Source: Aplysia californica
Taxonomy: Eukaryota
Length of the DNA: 64,000 nt
Assembly (NCBI RefSeq): GCF_000002075.1
Contig: NW_004797304.1
Coordinates: 913,328-977,327, forward strand
Direction of reading: 5' to 3'
In this document: one piece after another, positions 48,301 through 57,891 of the stretch
How positions within the stretch are numbered: position 1 is the stretch's first letter
Layout: every line of letters starts with the position of its first letter
Translations under genes and position numbers: made by a program
The notes under the pieces: model-generated
What the model was told of the DNA's origin: nothing
Seen by the model: only the letters and a program-made list of their open reading frames with translations
The model's database searches: none

Positions 48301-51300
48301 TCTTCTCCCTCTTGACCCTCAGATCAGAGCTCCATACGGTGGAGTAAATGGACACCGCTTGGACCGACGGCATGTGCACTCCAAGTAAGTTGAGAGATGA
48401 CTTAAAAATAATATTCATGAATTTTATTATTTGTGTAGCATCAATCCTATTGGCACCAGTATGGGATATTAACCGTAACATAGAAATGCTCTTGCTCTAC
48501 TGACTTCTGTCTTCTTTGATCTTACTCTGTCTGTCTCCCTTGCTCTCTTAAACATGAACACCGCTCTGTCCCTTTTGCCTTCTCTTTCCCCTTTGTCTCT
48601 GTCTCTCCATGAAACTTTTTTACATTAAGAAATGAATTAGCACCTGCGTTACAGATGTGTGATGAACATTTTTTCATTTACAGACTACACCCCATTCAGA
48701 CGTTCAGAGACGGAAGTGGCGATGGCTTAGCATGCTGCTCCTTTGATGTGAGTCGGATTAATTTTTTAAAATGAATTTAATTTGTGTCATATTAAAACAA
48801 ATAGGAAGAGTCAAATGCAATTCCTAGGATACTTAATGTCTTTCTCTTGCTGGAAAAAAAGTGGCAAAAGAGGCAGAGAAAGAGTATCTGAGTAGGGAAG
48901 CGAGTGATGAATCGCGATAGCTAATATCTGTATCAGTTGTCCTGAGACTTGAAGGGGAAGAAATCTGTGCACTGGGTTCGAATAGGAATTGTCTGTAGCA
49001 AATTTTCTGTTTAAATGTTCAGTGGACATATTAAGTGCTAGTGTTGGCCCCTTTCCCTCTCTCTTTAGAATTATGATGTTTTTACCTATCCACAATGCCC
49101 TCTTTTCTAAATAATCACCCCGTTCAATATTTTCATCTGGTGTAATTTAGGCTCAACATTTGCTTCTTATAAGTCCTTCTGTGTTTTTTAGTCTTAAGAT
49201 GTTTATATTTTATTAAGCCTCGGGATGAATGTTGCTGGTCTGGCAGGAATTTTGGTACTTGGGAAATGGTTGGCGGTTGTTGTCTCATGCGTATTTAGTG
49301 GTGTTTTGACGGTAAATAAGTGTGGGTAGTTGGAGGGTGCAGATCAGAAGTTCTACTTCTTTTCGTTCCGTCTATTTTTCAGTGTCTTTTTTTTTGTTTC
49401 TGTCTATCTGTCTTGCTTTTTGCGGCCACTAAATAAATTTTTGTGTTGAAGTGCTGCTCTTACCCAAACGGTAAGTAAATGGGGGAAAATAACCTAGAGA
49501 AGATTTGCATAATTTGAAATGTTTTTCCTGTTCCCTCCAGTTTGACAGTGACAGCATTTTCATCGGATCTTTTGCTGGTGACCTTCGTGTTATGAGGCTG
49601 TATGCCAGTGAGGTGAGAAATTTTTACTTGTTCAATAGGGTGCGATTGTCTGTTTAAATGAAGATGTCGCGTTTGAGAGTGGTTTGTATTCCATTTTGTG
49701 TTCACAGAGTTCCTTGGACACAACAGAAATTATTCTCAAACAGAAATAACTTCTTTGCTTATTTATAATTGTATACTTTAATTAAATGACAAAACATCGA
49801 ATTAAAAACAAAAAATTAAAAATATTAAAATAAAGGACTCTCGTATAGTGGTTGTGCCAGTGTTTTCGAGAACAGTGAGGTAGAGAGTAGATATTGGAGT
49901 CATAATGAGTATTTGTTACGGTCTGCTCAAAAAGAGAAACTAAGGATTTATTGCTAGTGGCAAACATAATTTAGTTGTAAGAATTCGTTTAAAAAAAAAG
50001 AACAAGTGTTTTATTTTCATTCTTGTTTTGTTTTCTCAGAATGAGTATTACAGCACGGTGTGTCACTCTTCCCCTATCATCCACATCAGTACCTCCAAAG
50101 TGGTAAGTTTTTCTTTGTCTTTAGAGCACTTTGTACTTCAAGACCTTTTTATGTATGCTCCTTGTTTCTGAAGCTGGATGGAGTTGGGAAAGTCTGAGAT
50201 TTCGCCATTTGTTTCATACCATTTTTGTTTCTTCTGCTCCCATAGTTCTCTTATTTGAATAAGAGATACCTTTATCCAGCATTATTAGACACCTCATTTC
50301 CCTCACACACATATGAAAACCCGGAGACATGACATATTTTTTTACTTTGTTTGAGCAGTTTTTTTGGGGGGGGGTTCCCTCCTGAAAAAGTGGCTTGGAT
50401 ATGGCTAGTTTCCACCTGACACCATTGTTTTGAATTACTTCCTTTTCTCATCAGTGGTTTTGGTGTAGCCGAAAACTGTCAGCGGACTCTGCTGTTGTTT
50501 GCCCATTTTCTCATCCCATGAATTTCATAGATATTCAATATTATAACATTAATCATTAATTCATTTTTTCATCTTGTCGAAACAGTATTGTGTGCTCTAA
50601 GTTTTGGGATTTTGTTTTAGAAGATTAATAAGCACTTGGGTTTTTTATGTTATTCAAGGGAAAGGAACGTTATCCTTCTGCATGTTTATTTTAAGATATG
50701 ACTTTTTGATTTGCTCTCTGCACTATTTTCCAAGGAATAGATACTTAAAAGTTTTTAAAAATTTGCCTTCTAAACTTTTTTTTTGCAGAACCCAAACTTG
50801 TTGTTTACCAGCACCTGGGGAGCGTCCCAGAACTGTGCCCTCTGGTCTTACAACAGGGATGGGCCTGATATGAATCTGAAGTGAGTCCTTTATTTGTTCA
50901 GTTGATGGGTTAAAGTATACTTCAGCCTACATCCCAGGCGTGCACGCCGCCCCCCCCCCCCCCCACCCCCCCCCCCCATTTATTTTACTTCATTTTGACA
51001 ATGTAAAAGAGAACCACATGTTTAAAAAGACTGCTTTTCTCCTCGATCATGGGCAGCTCCTTTGATCATTTAATCTGTTAATGTTACTGATCCTACGGTG
51101 GAAGAAATTAAATGTGTGTTTTCACCAGCTAACGACATTAGCTGCTTCAGTTCTTGTGTGGCTGTTGCAGATATACCAAAGCGGCATTGAAAAAGGCAGA
51201 GTAGATATTAATAGGGTCCTGTCTCACACGTGTGCTGATTTTCTATTTACCTGTCAGTGAGGATCGATGTTTTCCCTGTTGTGTTCTGCAGATATCGCCT

Positions 51301-53771
51301 AGACGAATACACGGCAGTGTTGGCCAACCGCAGCTCAGAGAGGTTCATCGGTACTAAAGAGATGGTTGCAAAAGTGAGTGATGCCGAAAATTGTTGGTCT
51401 TTATGGTTTATTTTAAGGACTTTTTTTGAAAAAGAAAAAAATATGTGGTTAATATTTGGGGGGGAGTGGGGGGTGTCATGTTATTTAGATGACTCAATGA
51501 CTATTCAGCTTTTACAGCTGTGAAAAATGAGGGCATGAAACAAAAAGTGAGGTTTGTTGTGTTACTAGGAAGGCTAACTTTCAGTACTCCACAAAGTTTC
51601 TTCAAAACAGTTTTCAGTCAACTTTAAGAGTTCTAAAACTCGTCACTGTTCAAATTTTGCTTTTGGTATTGTTAGCTTGTGTTCATCAAATTTGTTCAAT
51701 TGTTTAGTATAGTTTCTCAATAAAATTTATTGTTATGTGGTTGCCAGTGGTAAATCCCACTTATTTACTATTCCTTTGTTGTACTTGTCTGTCTGTCTTG
51801 CTTTTTCCCAGCTCTAAAGTACTATTATTATTGCTATGCACTTCCTCTTTACTCAAAAGAGTTTATCATTCAGGCACCACTATTGCAGTGATTGGTGGGT
51901 GATGTTTTGTGAAGTGAATCATACACGTTTTGTTCTCTCTTCCTTTGAATCTGACCCATGTCGTTTTTGTTTGAACCTGACGCATTTTGTTTTCCTGTCC
52001 TGTGACAGATTTACGATACCTCGACGGGCTCGGTAGTACAGACTCTGTATGACGAGGGCAAAGCCAACAACTACAAATTCAATGAAGCGACCTTCAGTCC
52101 TACAGATGACCTTGTGCTTAACGATGGCAATCTGTGGGACGTGCGCACCAACAAAATGGTCTACAAATTTGACAAATTCAACCAGTACACCAGCGGATGT
52201 TTTCATCCAGGCGGGCTGGAAGTAGTCATTAACTCTGAGATCGTATCCTTTCACCATATATTGAAGAATGTAATTTTTTCTTGCAGATTTTTTTCAGGAG
52301 TTTCACAAATTTGAAATGCCATAGATCTTTAGATCTTTTAGTTTTTTTAGTACGATAGTTCACATTCTGACAATGACTTTTTTTATTGAGTATCTCCGTC
52401 CTTTTGTTGCGGTGCTCTATCCCTCTTTGCTGTGCCTTGGCCCTGACAGGTATCTGAAGTCTGGGCAGCTTCTTTCAGGACGGAAGCAGCCTGCCTCCTG
52501 ATCCTGAGTGGTCTAAATTGGGTCGATTGGGATGTAAAATGTTCTCAGTCGGTCAGTGGCTAGAAGTGTTGTATTTTCTTAACCAAACACCAGTGGGACA
52601 TGCGTACATTCCGCCTCCTGCACACGGTGCCCGCCCTAGACCAGTGCCAGATCATGTTCAACAATAATGGAGACATCATTTATGGTCAGTACCCGAGCTT
52701 TTTGTGTTAAGAAGATGAAATTCTTTTTTTTTATTTGTAAGAATTGTATAAAAATCCCCAGTTTATTAAACATTTCATAAGGAAAATTCAAATTTCACAC
52801 AAATGTAATGGAAAAATAAATGTTCTATTGAATGAACACATAGAGCATTACAAAGTACTTCATTGATATTACATCAAACATCACACAGATAAAAGTTGCA
52901 CACTACCAACAAAATTAAATGAAAAGTGGATTTACTCTTCATCATTTATATATTTTATATGCTTTACTATGTACTTAAGATGTAGGTCACTGTCGATTAA
53001 CCAAAGTCGTCTAGTGTAGAGGTTGAACTGAGCTGAAAAATATTCATATTGCTTTGAGGTTTTTCTCAGTTAACTGCTCTGTTTTGTATATATTGTATTG
53101 ATTAGTCTCGACTGGTTTCAAATGAGGATTTACTTTTAGATACTTATATGACCTTATTGTGTTGCAAGTGCCGTAAAACACTTACTGAGACTAAAAGAAA
53201 CTTATAATAGTGTATAAAAAATAAAGTGTTTGGTAAGGGTTTTATGTATGGTGCTTGCGACAGCAAAAGGACATGAGCTCAAAAAGGTATATGTGGAGGT
53301 CCACGACAATATGGAAATCACATTTTTGTCTTCCCCCTCTTTACAGCTGTGCGTGTTGATGATGAACCCAGTGAGACAGTGGTGCGGAGGGACTATGCAT
53401 CTACACTGAGGACTTTTGACGCTACCGACTACACCAGCATAGGTAGAGTGTTGAAAGCTGAAGTGTTAACTGCCCAATAATATTGGTGATGATGAGTTAC
53501 AGTACTGCAATACATTTTTATCAAGTGTTTGTGGTCACTTTACCTCAAATAAATATTTGCATGGATACAGCAGTGAAACGTAAGGGTCTCTCCCTTCAGT
53601 AAACCTCCTGAACGCATGCTCCCTCCCCCCCGAGTAGCACATTTTTTTCCATAAAGATTTTCCCTTTACCAAAACTCTTGTCTTGATCTTGATGTAAGGA
53701 TGTTCCTTTCTGAAGTGGCTGATGGCATTTTGAAATTATTTTTTTTTTGTGTTTCAAGGAACAAAGCGTTC

Positions 53772-53829
<58 letters not shown>

Positions 53830-56800
53830 TGCTTTCTTTCTTCCTCTCTCTTCTTCTCTCTCTCTTCCTTTCTCTTTCGTCCTCTCTCTCCCTCTCTCTC
53901 TCTTCCTCTGTCTCCCTCTTTCCCTCCCTCTCCTTCCCTTCCCACCTCCCTAAAGACAGAATCCCTTTTGAGTTGAATTGACGACTTATGCATTTAAATA
54001 AATTCTCCTCTGCTGTTGTTTTCCCCTTCAGGCACCTTTGACTTGAAGACAAACAGTATCTTTGATGTGGCGGTGGACCGGAACGATCTGCTCCTGGGCA
54101 TTGTGGAGGTAAACCATCCTATCAAATCATTGACATCTCCACACTAAGGCAGTAAAAGAATCTATTGATTAATATCACATGTGACTCTGTCTATTTTATA
54201 GTGACTGACAAGTCTTAGCGTTGAGTACTTGCTACATGAGGGATAAAAATAAAAGGAAAATAGTACCCCTTTTTATTTTATTTTGCTCTTGGAGAACTAC
54301 TACGACTATTTTCACAGTGAAGCTGTTCTAGAAGTACTTAATACTGCAGTCCCGTCAGTGCTGCTGTTCTGTAGTTTTGAATGTTTTTCTTTTATAACCT
54401 TGCCAGAATGCTTCGAATGGTGACACTGATTCTGAGGAGGCATTTTGTCGTATCTACGAGCTGGGAAAGACACGTGAACCAGAAGATCAGGTAAGTGGTT
54501 CTGTATATGACGGTCACTATCACACATGTCTCTGTTAGTGACACTTTACAAATATATAAATACAATAAACTAAAATGAAGTTATAGGTACAATTAGTTTG
54601 ACGTACAAAAATCAAACAATGTTTCAGATACGATAATGAAGTAGACCTGTCTGAAAGTTACTGTGTATAGATCTAGTTGCTTTCACAAGAAAATTGTTTG
54701 ATCCTGCTTTTTAGGATGGGCAATACATTTTTGGGGTTACTCATGCTTCTTTCGGTAACAGTGATCATGAGCACTACCGGGTCATAGAAGCCAAAAGGCC
54801 AACTTTGTTTTGTATGAAAATGCATTAAATTTGGCTAATTAGATCAGCCTTGCAGGTGGTTGGAGGGCACCACTACTGGGTACTCCTTCTATGCTTTTAC
54901 TTCTACCGTGTTTGTCTGTCTGTCTGTGGGTGGTTGGCGGGTGCTCTGCTCCTTCTTTTCTTTCAAACATCAATCGTCCTTATCTTTTCTCCTTTTTTAT
55001 GTTTGTTACCAGACTTTTTTAACATGTACAGTGAAACAATCCTTAGAAACATAGAAGAATGTCCAGGCCTCAAAGTAAATGGAGAAAATATTAATAACAT
55101 CAGGTATGCAGATGACACGGTTTTAATAGCAGGCTCCGAAAAGGTCCTTCAATTGCTTCTAGATACGGTTGTAAAAAAAAGTGAACTTAAAGGATTATTG
55201 TTGAATGTAAAGAAAACAGAATGCATGGTAATATCCAAAAAAGCAGCAAATCCTAGTTGTAATCTCATTAGCAAAGGTGAAAAGATCAAACAAGTCCAAC
55301 AGTTTAAATATCTAGGATAAATGATAACATCTGATGCCAAATCTTCCACAGAAATAAAAAGGAGAACTGCAATAGCTAAGGCTGGTTTCAATAAAATGAG
55401 CCCAATCCTGAAAAATAGAAACATATCAATGAACACCAAAATGAAAGTCCTGAAATGCTATGTTTGGTCAACCCTTCTATATGGCTGTGAATGTTGGACA
55501 ATCACTAAAGACAGTGAAAATAAAATAGAGGCAACACAAATGTGGTTTCTTAGGAGACTGCTAAGAGTATCGTGGAAGGAAAAGAAATCAAATGAGGTAG
55601 TGCTTGATGAAGCCCACGTGGGACGCTCAATGTTAAAAACAATCAGGAAACGACAAATGCAGTTTTTGGGACACCTGAATAGACATAAGGGTCTTGAACA
55701 TCTAGCTCTCACTGGCAAAATTGAGGGCAAGCGAGGCAGAGGTAGGCCCAGAACAACATACTTAGGGAATCTAAATAAATGGGTAACAGGGAAAGATTAG
55801 GGAAACATAGCTTTTCTGAGAGCATCCAAGCAAAGGAATGAATGGAAAATCATGATCGCCGATGTCTGTCGCAGATCTGGCACTGGATGATGATGATGAT
55901 GATGATGACTCTCTTATATGGAGGGTGCGGTGGCGGAGTGGCTAGTGCGCTTGTCTCCGAAGCGGAAAGTCCGGGTTCGAGCCTCGTTTAGGACACGGGG
56001 TTTTTTCCGCCCCCTCCTGCCCACCCAGCAGTAATGGGTACCTAACTTTGAGTTGGAGAAGTAAAGGCGGCGTGGAAAGGAACTGGCCACCCTACCACAA
56101 TATGCCGAAGGCCCAGGAAGTTTTCTCACTAACAAGGCAATCCCCAATGTCCAGATCGGATGCGGGAACAACTTTCCTTTTTATACTCTCTTATATGACC
56201 TTACAGTGTTGCAAATGCTGTAACACTCTTACTAATACTTTGTCAGTCTGTCATGTCCTTTGCTCATATTGGCCATGACACAGCTGAAAGAAATGTAGGA
56301 CAGATCCAATCAGTCTGTGCCAACTTGTTTGTAAATCTCCTACTCCTGTTAATGCTCAATGGCTTTGTCTTTTCTGCTCAACAGATTGAAGATGATGATG
56401 ACAACCCACAGAATGATGAACCGGACGATTACGATGATGATGATGATGAAGATGACGAAGACGATGAAGATGACGATGATCTTGATATTGATGATCCCAT
56501 TTTAGATTTTGTGGAAGCTTCTGACAGTGAGTAATTTAGTACGAAAGCAGCTCATCGTTTTGGGTTTGGGGGTTGATAAAAGATTTGTCAGATTGCTTGT
56601 TACGGTTCGAGCTCTAGCTGATGGGTATCATATTTCTATGAATTCCTGGATTCCTAGACGTGGGATATTCCATTCAAGCTTGTATCTTTTTATGTCTCCC
56701 TGTATGTATAGAATGTAATTGTTACTTAAGCTTTGGTATCCTTTGATAATAGGGTTTTTCTGGTTTGTAGATAATTTCAAGTTTGAGTAGATTGATGATA

Positions 56801-57891
56801 TTATTGGGCGCTCATATGCATTTCTGAATGTCTTTAAACTCTTATCAAAACAAACAAAAAGAATGAGAATTTTGTATTCTGGTGTGGTCAGCTCCTTCTG
56901 TGTCTATTTTTTCCGTCACAGTGTTATCAGGTGCGCCGTTTGCTCAGTTGGTTTCTTGTTGGGAATAAGATGGTTCAAGTAGTTCGAATCATGAGGGGGT
57001 AGTTCAGTTCTTGAATTTCGGTTGTGTAGGGAATTTTTTAGGCTCTCCACTTTGTAGTGCCTGTCTACCTAAAGCCCATTCCCCCTCCTACATGTTAGAT
57101 TTGTGGTGTCCATCTATTGAATACCACAGCGCCTCCCCCCCCCCCAATCTGAAGTTGAGGGGGGAGGTTTCACTACTCATGGCAGTTAGTACTATCCCTC
57201 TAAAGGTAAAATAGCGGACATCAAGATCTGTAGATAGTATTGTTTAGATAAGCACCCTGATACAACACTTTAGGATCATTTAAAAGGCAGGATCTCGGAT
57301 GGGAACAAGCTGTAAACAAAGAATTCAAGCCAGAACCATCAGCAAAAGTACCCTTTGAGACCAGCTGAACAATCGGAGATGTGTATGTCTCAGATTTACA
57401 TTTATGTTATAGCCAATTGTCTTTTTTCCCTTCCTTTTATCTCCTTTTTTCTGTTAGAAATGACTTTTATGTGTCTCATAGGGAAGTAAACCCATACGTA
57501 AATGAACAGAAAGGAAATAAGTCTCTGTTAGGATTTTAAATTTTGCATAAGGGAGTATTTTTGGGGGGATCACAAAGGCACTCTTCCATTTGTACAATGT
57601 TGGTAAAACAATTCCGAAGGCAAACTCGATATGACAGGTTGGAGCTGTTTTTCAGTTTCCAAGAAGATTTTTTTCCAGCTGTCTCCCCCCCCTCTCTGTG
57701 ATTGTTCGTTCTCCCATCTCGGCCCTGTTGGTCTGGGTTTTTCCTCAGACGAGAGCGACGGAGACAACAACCAGGATGGGTTGGACGTGGCCGAGCTGAG
57801 CCCCATTGGGAGCAGCGACGATGGCAATGATGACGACGATGATGATGAAGACGATGCCTTGCTGGATGATTTGTTGTTTGAATTAGTCTAA
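24256..57891 (+). CDS. DCAF1: DDB1- and CUL4-associated factor 1 (VprBP), complete gene, 39 coding exons, about 1505 aa
   Basis: Manually spliced exons (all GT-AG, phases consistent) sum to 4518 nt. The peptide has recognisable DCAF1 motifs: [59 protein letters not shown], Lis[38 protein letters not shown], acidic tail. Confidence 0.97.
25044..25120 (+). CDS. DCAF1: DCAF1 coding exon 2
   Basis: [25 protein letters not shown]; cag/gtaagt. Confidence 0.95.
25525..25598 (+). CDS. DCAF1: DCAF1 coding exon 3
   Basis: [25 protein letters not shown]. Confidence 0.95.
26112..26234 (+). CDS. DCAF1: DCAF1 coding exon 4
   Basis: IVGSYLLKG...[23 protein letters not shown]. Confidence 0.95.
27077..27157. 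mobile_element. Tc1/pogo-type MITE, right half
   Basis: TTTCTCCTTGACAA...GTTTGACTG|TA, shared with copies at 36058, 39291 and 43878. Confidence 0.6.
27342..27479 (+). CDS. DCAF1: DCAF1 coding exon 5
   Basis: [10 protein letters not shown]...[26 protein letters not shown]. Confidence 0.95.
27751..27946 (+). CDS. DCAF1: DCAF1 coding exon 6
   Basis: [14 protein letters not shown]...PRRK; phase-1 donor gtgggc. Confidence 0.88.
29140..29262 (+). CDS. DCAF1: DCAF1 coding exon 7
   Basis: [41 protein letters not shown]; phase 1-1. Confidence 0.85.
29814..29956 (+). CDS. DCAF1: DCAF1 coding exon 8
   Basis: [14 protein letters not shown]...[16 protein letters not shown]. Confidence 0.95.
30368..30469 (+). 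CDS. DCAF1: DCAF1 coding exon 9
   Basis: [34 protein letters not shown]. Confidence 0.95.
30866..31555. mobile_element. piggyBac-like non-autonomous element
   Basis: TTAA|TACATTGCACCCT ... AGGGTGTAATGTG|TTAA; second copy at about 8155-8776. Confidence 0.8.
31621..31779 (+). CDS. DCAF1: DCAF1 coding exon 10
   Basis: [43 protein letters not shown]...ATER. Confidence 0.95.
32171..32516 (+). mobile_element. tRNA-derived SINE family B (CORE-like centre, L2-like tail)
   Basis: A box TGGCTTAGTGG and B box GGTTCGAATCC; GTGTCCTTGGGAAAGGCACTT...AAATGGGTAC; GTAAAGCGC...GCGCTATATAAAT(ATT)n. Confidence 0.88.
32716..32756 (+). CDS. DCAF1: DCAF1 coding exon 11 (41 nt)
   Basis: [13 protein letters not shown]; tacag/gtaagt. 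Confidence 0.9.
33089..33337. mobile_element. Short TTAA-flanked MITE related to 739-2243
   Basis: TTAA at both ends, weak TIR, GCGGCTCG repeats. Confidence 0.45.
33412..33550 (+). CDS. DCAF1: DCAF1 coding exon 12
   Basis: [21 protein letters not shown]...[14 protein letters not shown]. Confidence 0.95.
34136..34333 (+). CDS. DCAF1: DCAF1 coding exon 13
   Basis: [11 protein letters not shown]...LRMYFKTH...REGK. Confidence 0.92.
34928..35097 (+). CDS. DCAF1: DCAF1 coding exon 14
   Basis: [28 protein letters not shown]...WENYQG. Confidence 0.88.
35708..35827 (+). CDS. DCAF1: DCAF1 coding exon 15
   Basis: [24 protein letters not shown]...TPIM. Confidence 0.92.
36058..36236. mobile_element. 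Tc1/pogo-type MITE
   Basis: TA|CAGTTGA...TCAACTG|TA. Confidence 0.75.
36341..36443 (+). CDS. DCAF1: DCAF1 coding exon 16
   Basis: [34 protein letters not shown]. Confidence 0.95.
37226..37342 (+). CDS. DCAF1: DCAF1 coding exon 17
   Basis: FGNGVLRY...[15 protein letters not shown]. Confidence 0.92.
37851..37922 (+). CDS. DCAF1: DCAF1 coding exon 18
   Basis: [24 protein letters not shown]. Confidence 0.95.
37986..38156. other. Assembly gap
   Basis: N run. Confidence 0.99.
38510..38591 (+). CDS. DCAF1: DCAF1 coding exon 19
   Basis: [27 protein letters not shown]. Confidence 0.95.
39120..39259 (+). CDS. DCAF1: DCAF1 coding exon 20
   Basis: [30 protein letters not shown]...EEIRK. Confidence 0.95.
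39541..40395. mobile_element. piggyBac-like non-autonomous element
   Basis: TTAA|CCCTCATCCTGCG ... CGCAGGATAAGAG|TTAA. Confidence 0.8.
40424..40860. mobile_element. piggyBac-like MITE
   Basis: CCCCTTCACTGCC ... GGCAGTGAAGGGG|TTAA. Confidence 0.75.
41016..41206. other. Assembly gap
   Basis: N run. Confidence 0.99.
41350..41431 (+). CDS. DCAF1: DCAF1 coding exon 21 (LisH, N-terminal part)
   Basis: [27 protein letters not shown]. Confidence 0.95.
41993..42111 (+). CDS. DCAF1: DCAF1 coding exon 22 (LisH, C-terminal part)
   Basis: [16 protein letters not shown]...PTTPKM. Confidence 0.93.
42166..42660 (+). mobile_element. SINE family A copy
   Basis: Reverse complement of the 1095-1620 type. 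Confidence 0.88.
42991..43180 (+). CDS. DCAF1: DCAF1 coding exon 23 (S/T/P-rich linker)
   Basis: [12 protein letters not shown]...SSSSDR; ttag/gtgagt; phase fits. Confidence 0.83.
43878..44074. mobile_element. Tc1/pogo-type MITE
   Basis: CAGTCAAAG...TTTTGACTG. Confidence 0.7.
44093..44260. repeat. About 42-48-bp minisatellite, about 4 units
   Basis: ATAAGTAATTTGTCACTTCCCTGCATGTCTGAGGCTTAAAAT-like units. Confidence 0.85.
44274..44416 (+). CDS. DCAF1: DCAF1 coding exon 24
   Basis: [13 protein letters not shown]...TPGHIKFTL...LPPK. Confidence 0.85.
45005..45514. mobile_element. piggyBac-like MITE
   Basis: TTAA|CCGCTTCACTGCTG ... CAGCAGTGAAGGGG|TTAA. Confidence 0.8.
45868..46046 (+). CDS. DCAF1: DCAF1 coding exon 25 (H-box region)
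   Basis: [30 protein letters not shown]. Confidence 0.95.
47068..47405 (-). mobile_element. SINE family B copy
   Basis: Reverse complement of 32171-32516 with (TAA)n tail; head slightly truncated. Confidence 0.88.
47874..47949 (+). CDS. DCAF1: DCAF1 coding exon 26
   Basis: [25 protein letters not shown]. Confidence 0.93.
48323..48384 (+). CDS. DCAF1: DCAF1 coding exon 27
   Basis: [20 protein letters not shown]. Confidence 0.93.
48684..48747 (+). CDS. DCAF1: DCAF1 coding exon 28
   Basis: [21 protein letters not shown]. Confidence 0.9.
49541..49612 (+). CDS. DCAF1: DCAF1 coding exon 29 (WD40)
   Basis: [24 protein letters not shown]. Confidence 0.87.
50040..50102 (+). CDS. DCAF1: DCAF1 coding exon 30 (WD40)
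   Basis: [21 protein letters not shown]. Confidence 0.87.
50789..50880 (+). CDS. DCAF1: DCAF1 coding exon 31 (WD40)
   Basis: [30 protein letters not shown]. Confidence 0.88.
51292..51373 (+). CDS. DCAF1: DCAF1 coding exon 32 (WD40)
   Basis: [27 protein letters not shown]. Confidence 0.9.
52009..52242 (+). CDS. DCAF1: DCAF1 coding exon 33 (WD40, WDxR 1)
   Basis: IYDTSTG...[20 protein letters not shown]...KFDKFN...[14 protein letters not shown]. Confidence 0.96.
52243..52593 (+). other. U12-type (minor spliceosome) GT-AG intron
   Basis: 5' splice site GTATCCTTT; branch site TTTTCTTAACC about 10 nt upstream of the CAG acceptor; no polypyrimidine tract; phase 0 joins SEI|WDMR. Confidence 0.92.
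52594..52684 (+). CDS. DCAF1: DCAF1 coding exon 34 (WDxR 2)
   Basis: [30 protein letters not shown]. Confidence 0.96.
53347..53442 (+). CDS. DCAF1: DCAF1 coding exon 35
   Basis: VRVDDEPSE...[14 protein letters not shown]. Confidence 0.93.
53772..53950. repeat. (CTGT)n microsatellite plus CT-rich tract
   Basis: Seen directly. Confidence 0.93.
54032..54108 (+). CDS. DCAF1: DCAF1 coding exon 36
   Basis: [25 protein letters not shown]. Confidence 0.92.
54407..54490 (+). CDS. DCAF1: DCAF1 coding exon 37
   Basis: [28 protein letters not shown]. Confidence 0.92.
55009..55907 (+). mobile_element. 5'-truncated RTE-clade LINE (RT C-terminal part, disrupted)
   Basis: FNMYSE...[15 protein letters not shown]...FKYLG*...[14 protein letters not shown]...[13 protein letters not shown]; in-frame stops at 55318 and 55798; (GAT)n tail. 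Confidence 0.92.
55921..56184 (+). mobile_element. tRNA-derived SINE family C
   Basis: TGGCGGAGTGG / GGTTCGAGCC boxes; CCACCCAGCAGTAATGGGTACC; 13-bp TSD ACTCTCTTATATG. Confidence 0.85.
56385..56526 (+). CDS. DCAF1: DCAF1 coding exon 38 (acidic tail)
   Basis: IEDDDDNPQ...[12 protein letters not shown]. Confidence 0.9.
57749..57891 (+). CDS. DCAF1: DCAF1 coding exon 39 (last; stop TAA)
   Basis: ESDGDNNQ...[13 protein letters not shown]. Confidence 0.9.

Noticed and set aside
53666-54052. ORFs with RQTD/ER repeats (and similar CV/YI/X-rich ORFs elsewhere)
   Set aside because: Translations of microsatellites or N gaps
54850-55800. Host reverse-transcriptase gene
   Set aside because: 5'-truncated, contains stops and ends in a (GAT)n tail, so it is a dead RTE copy
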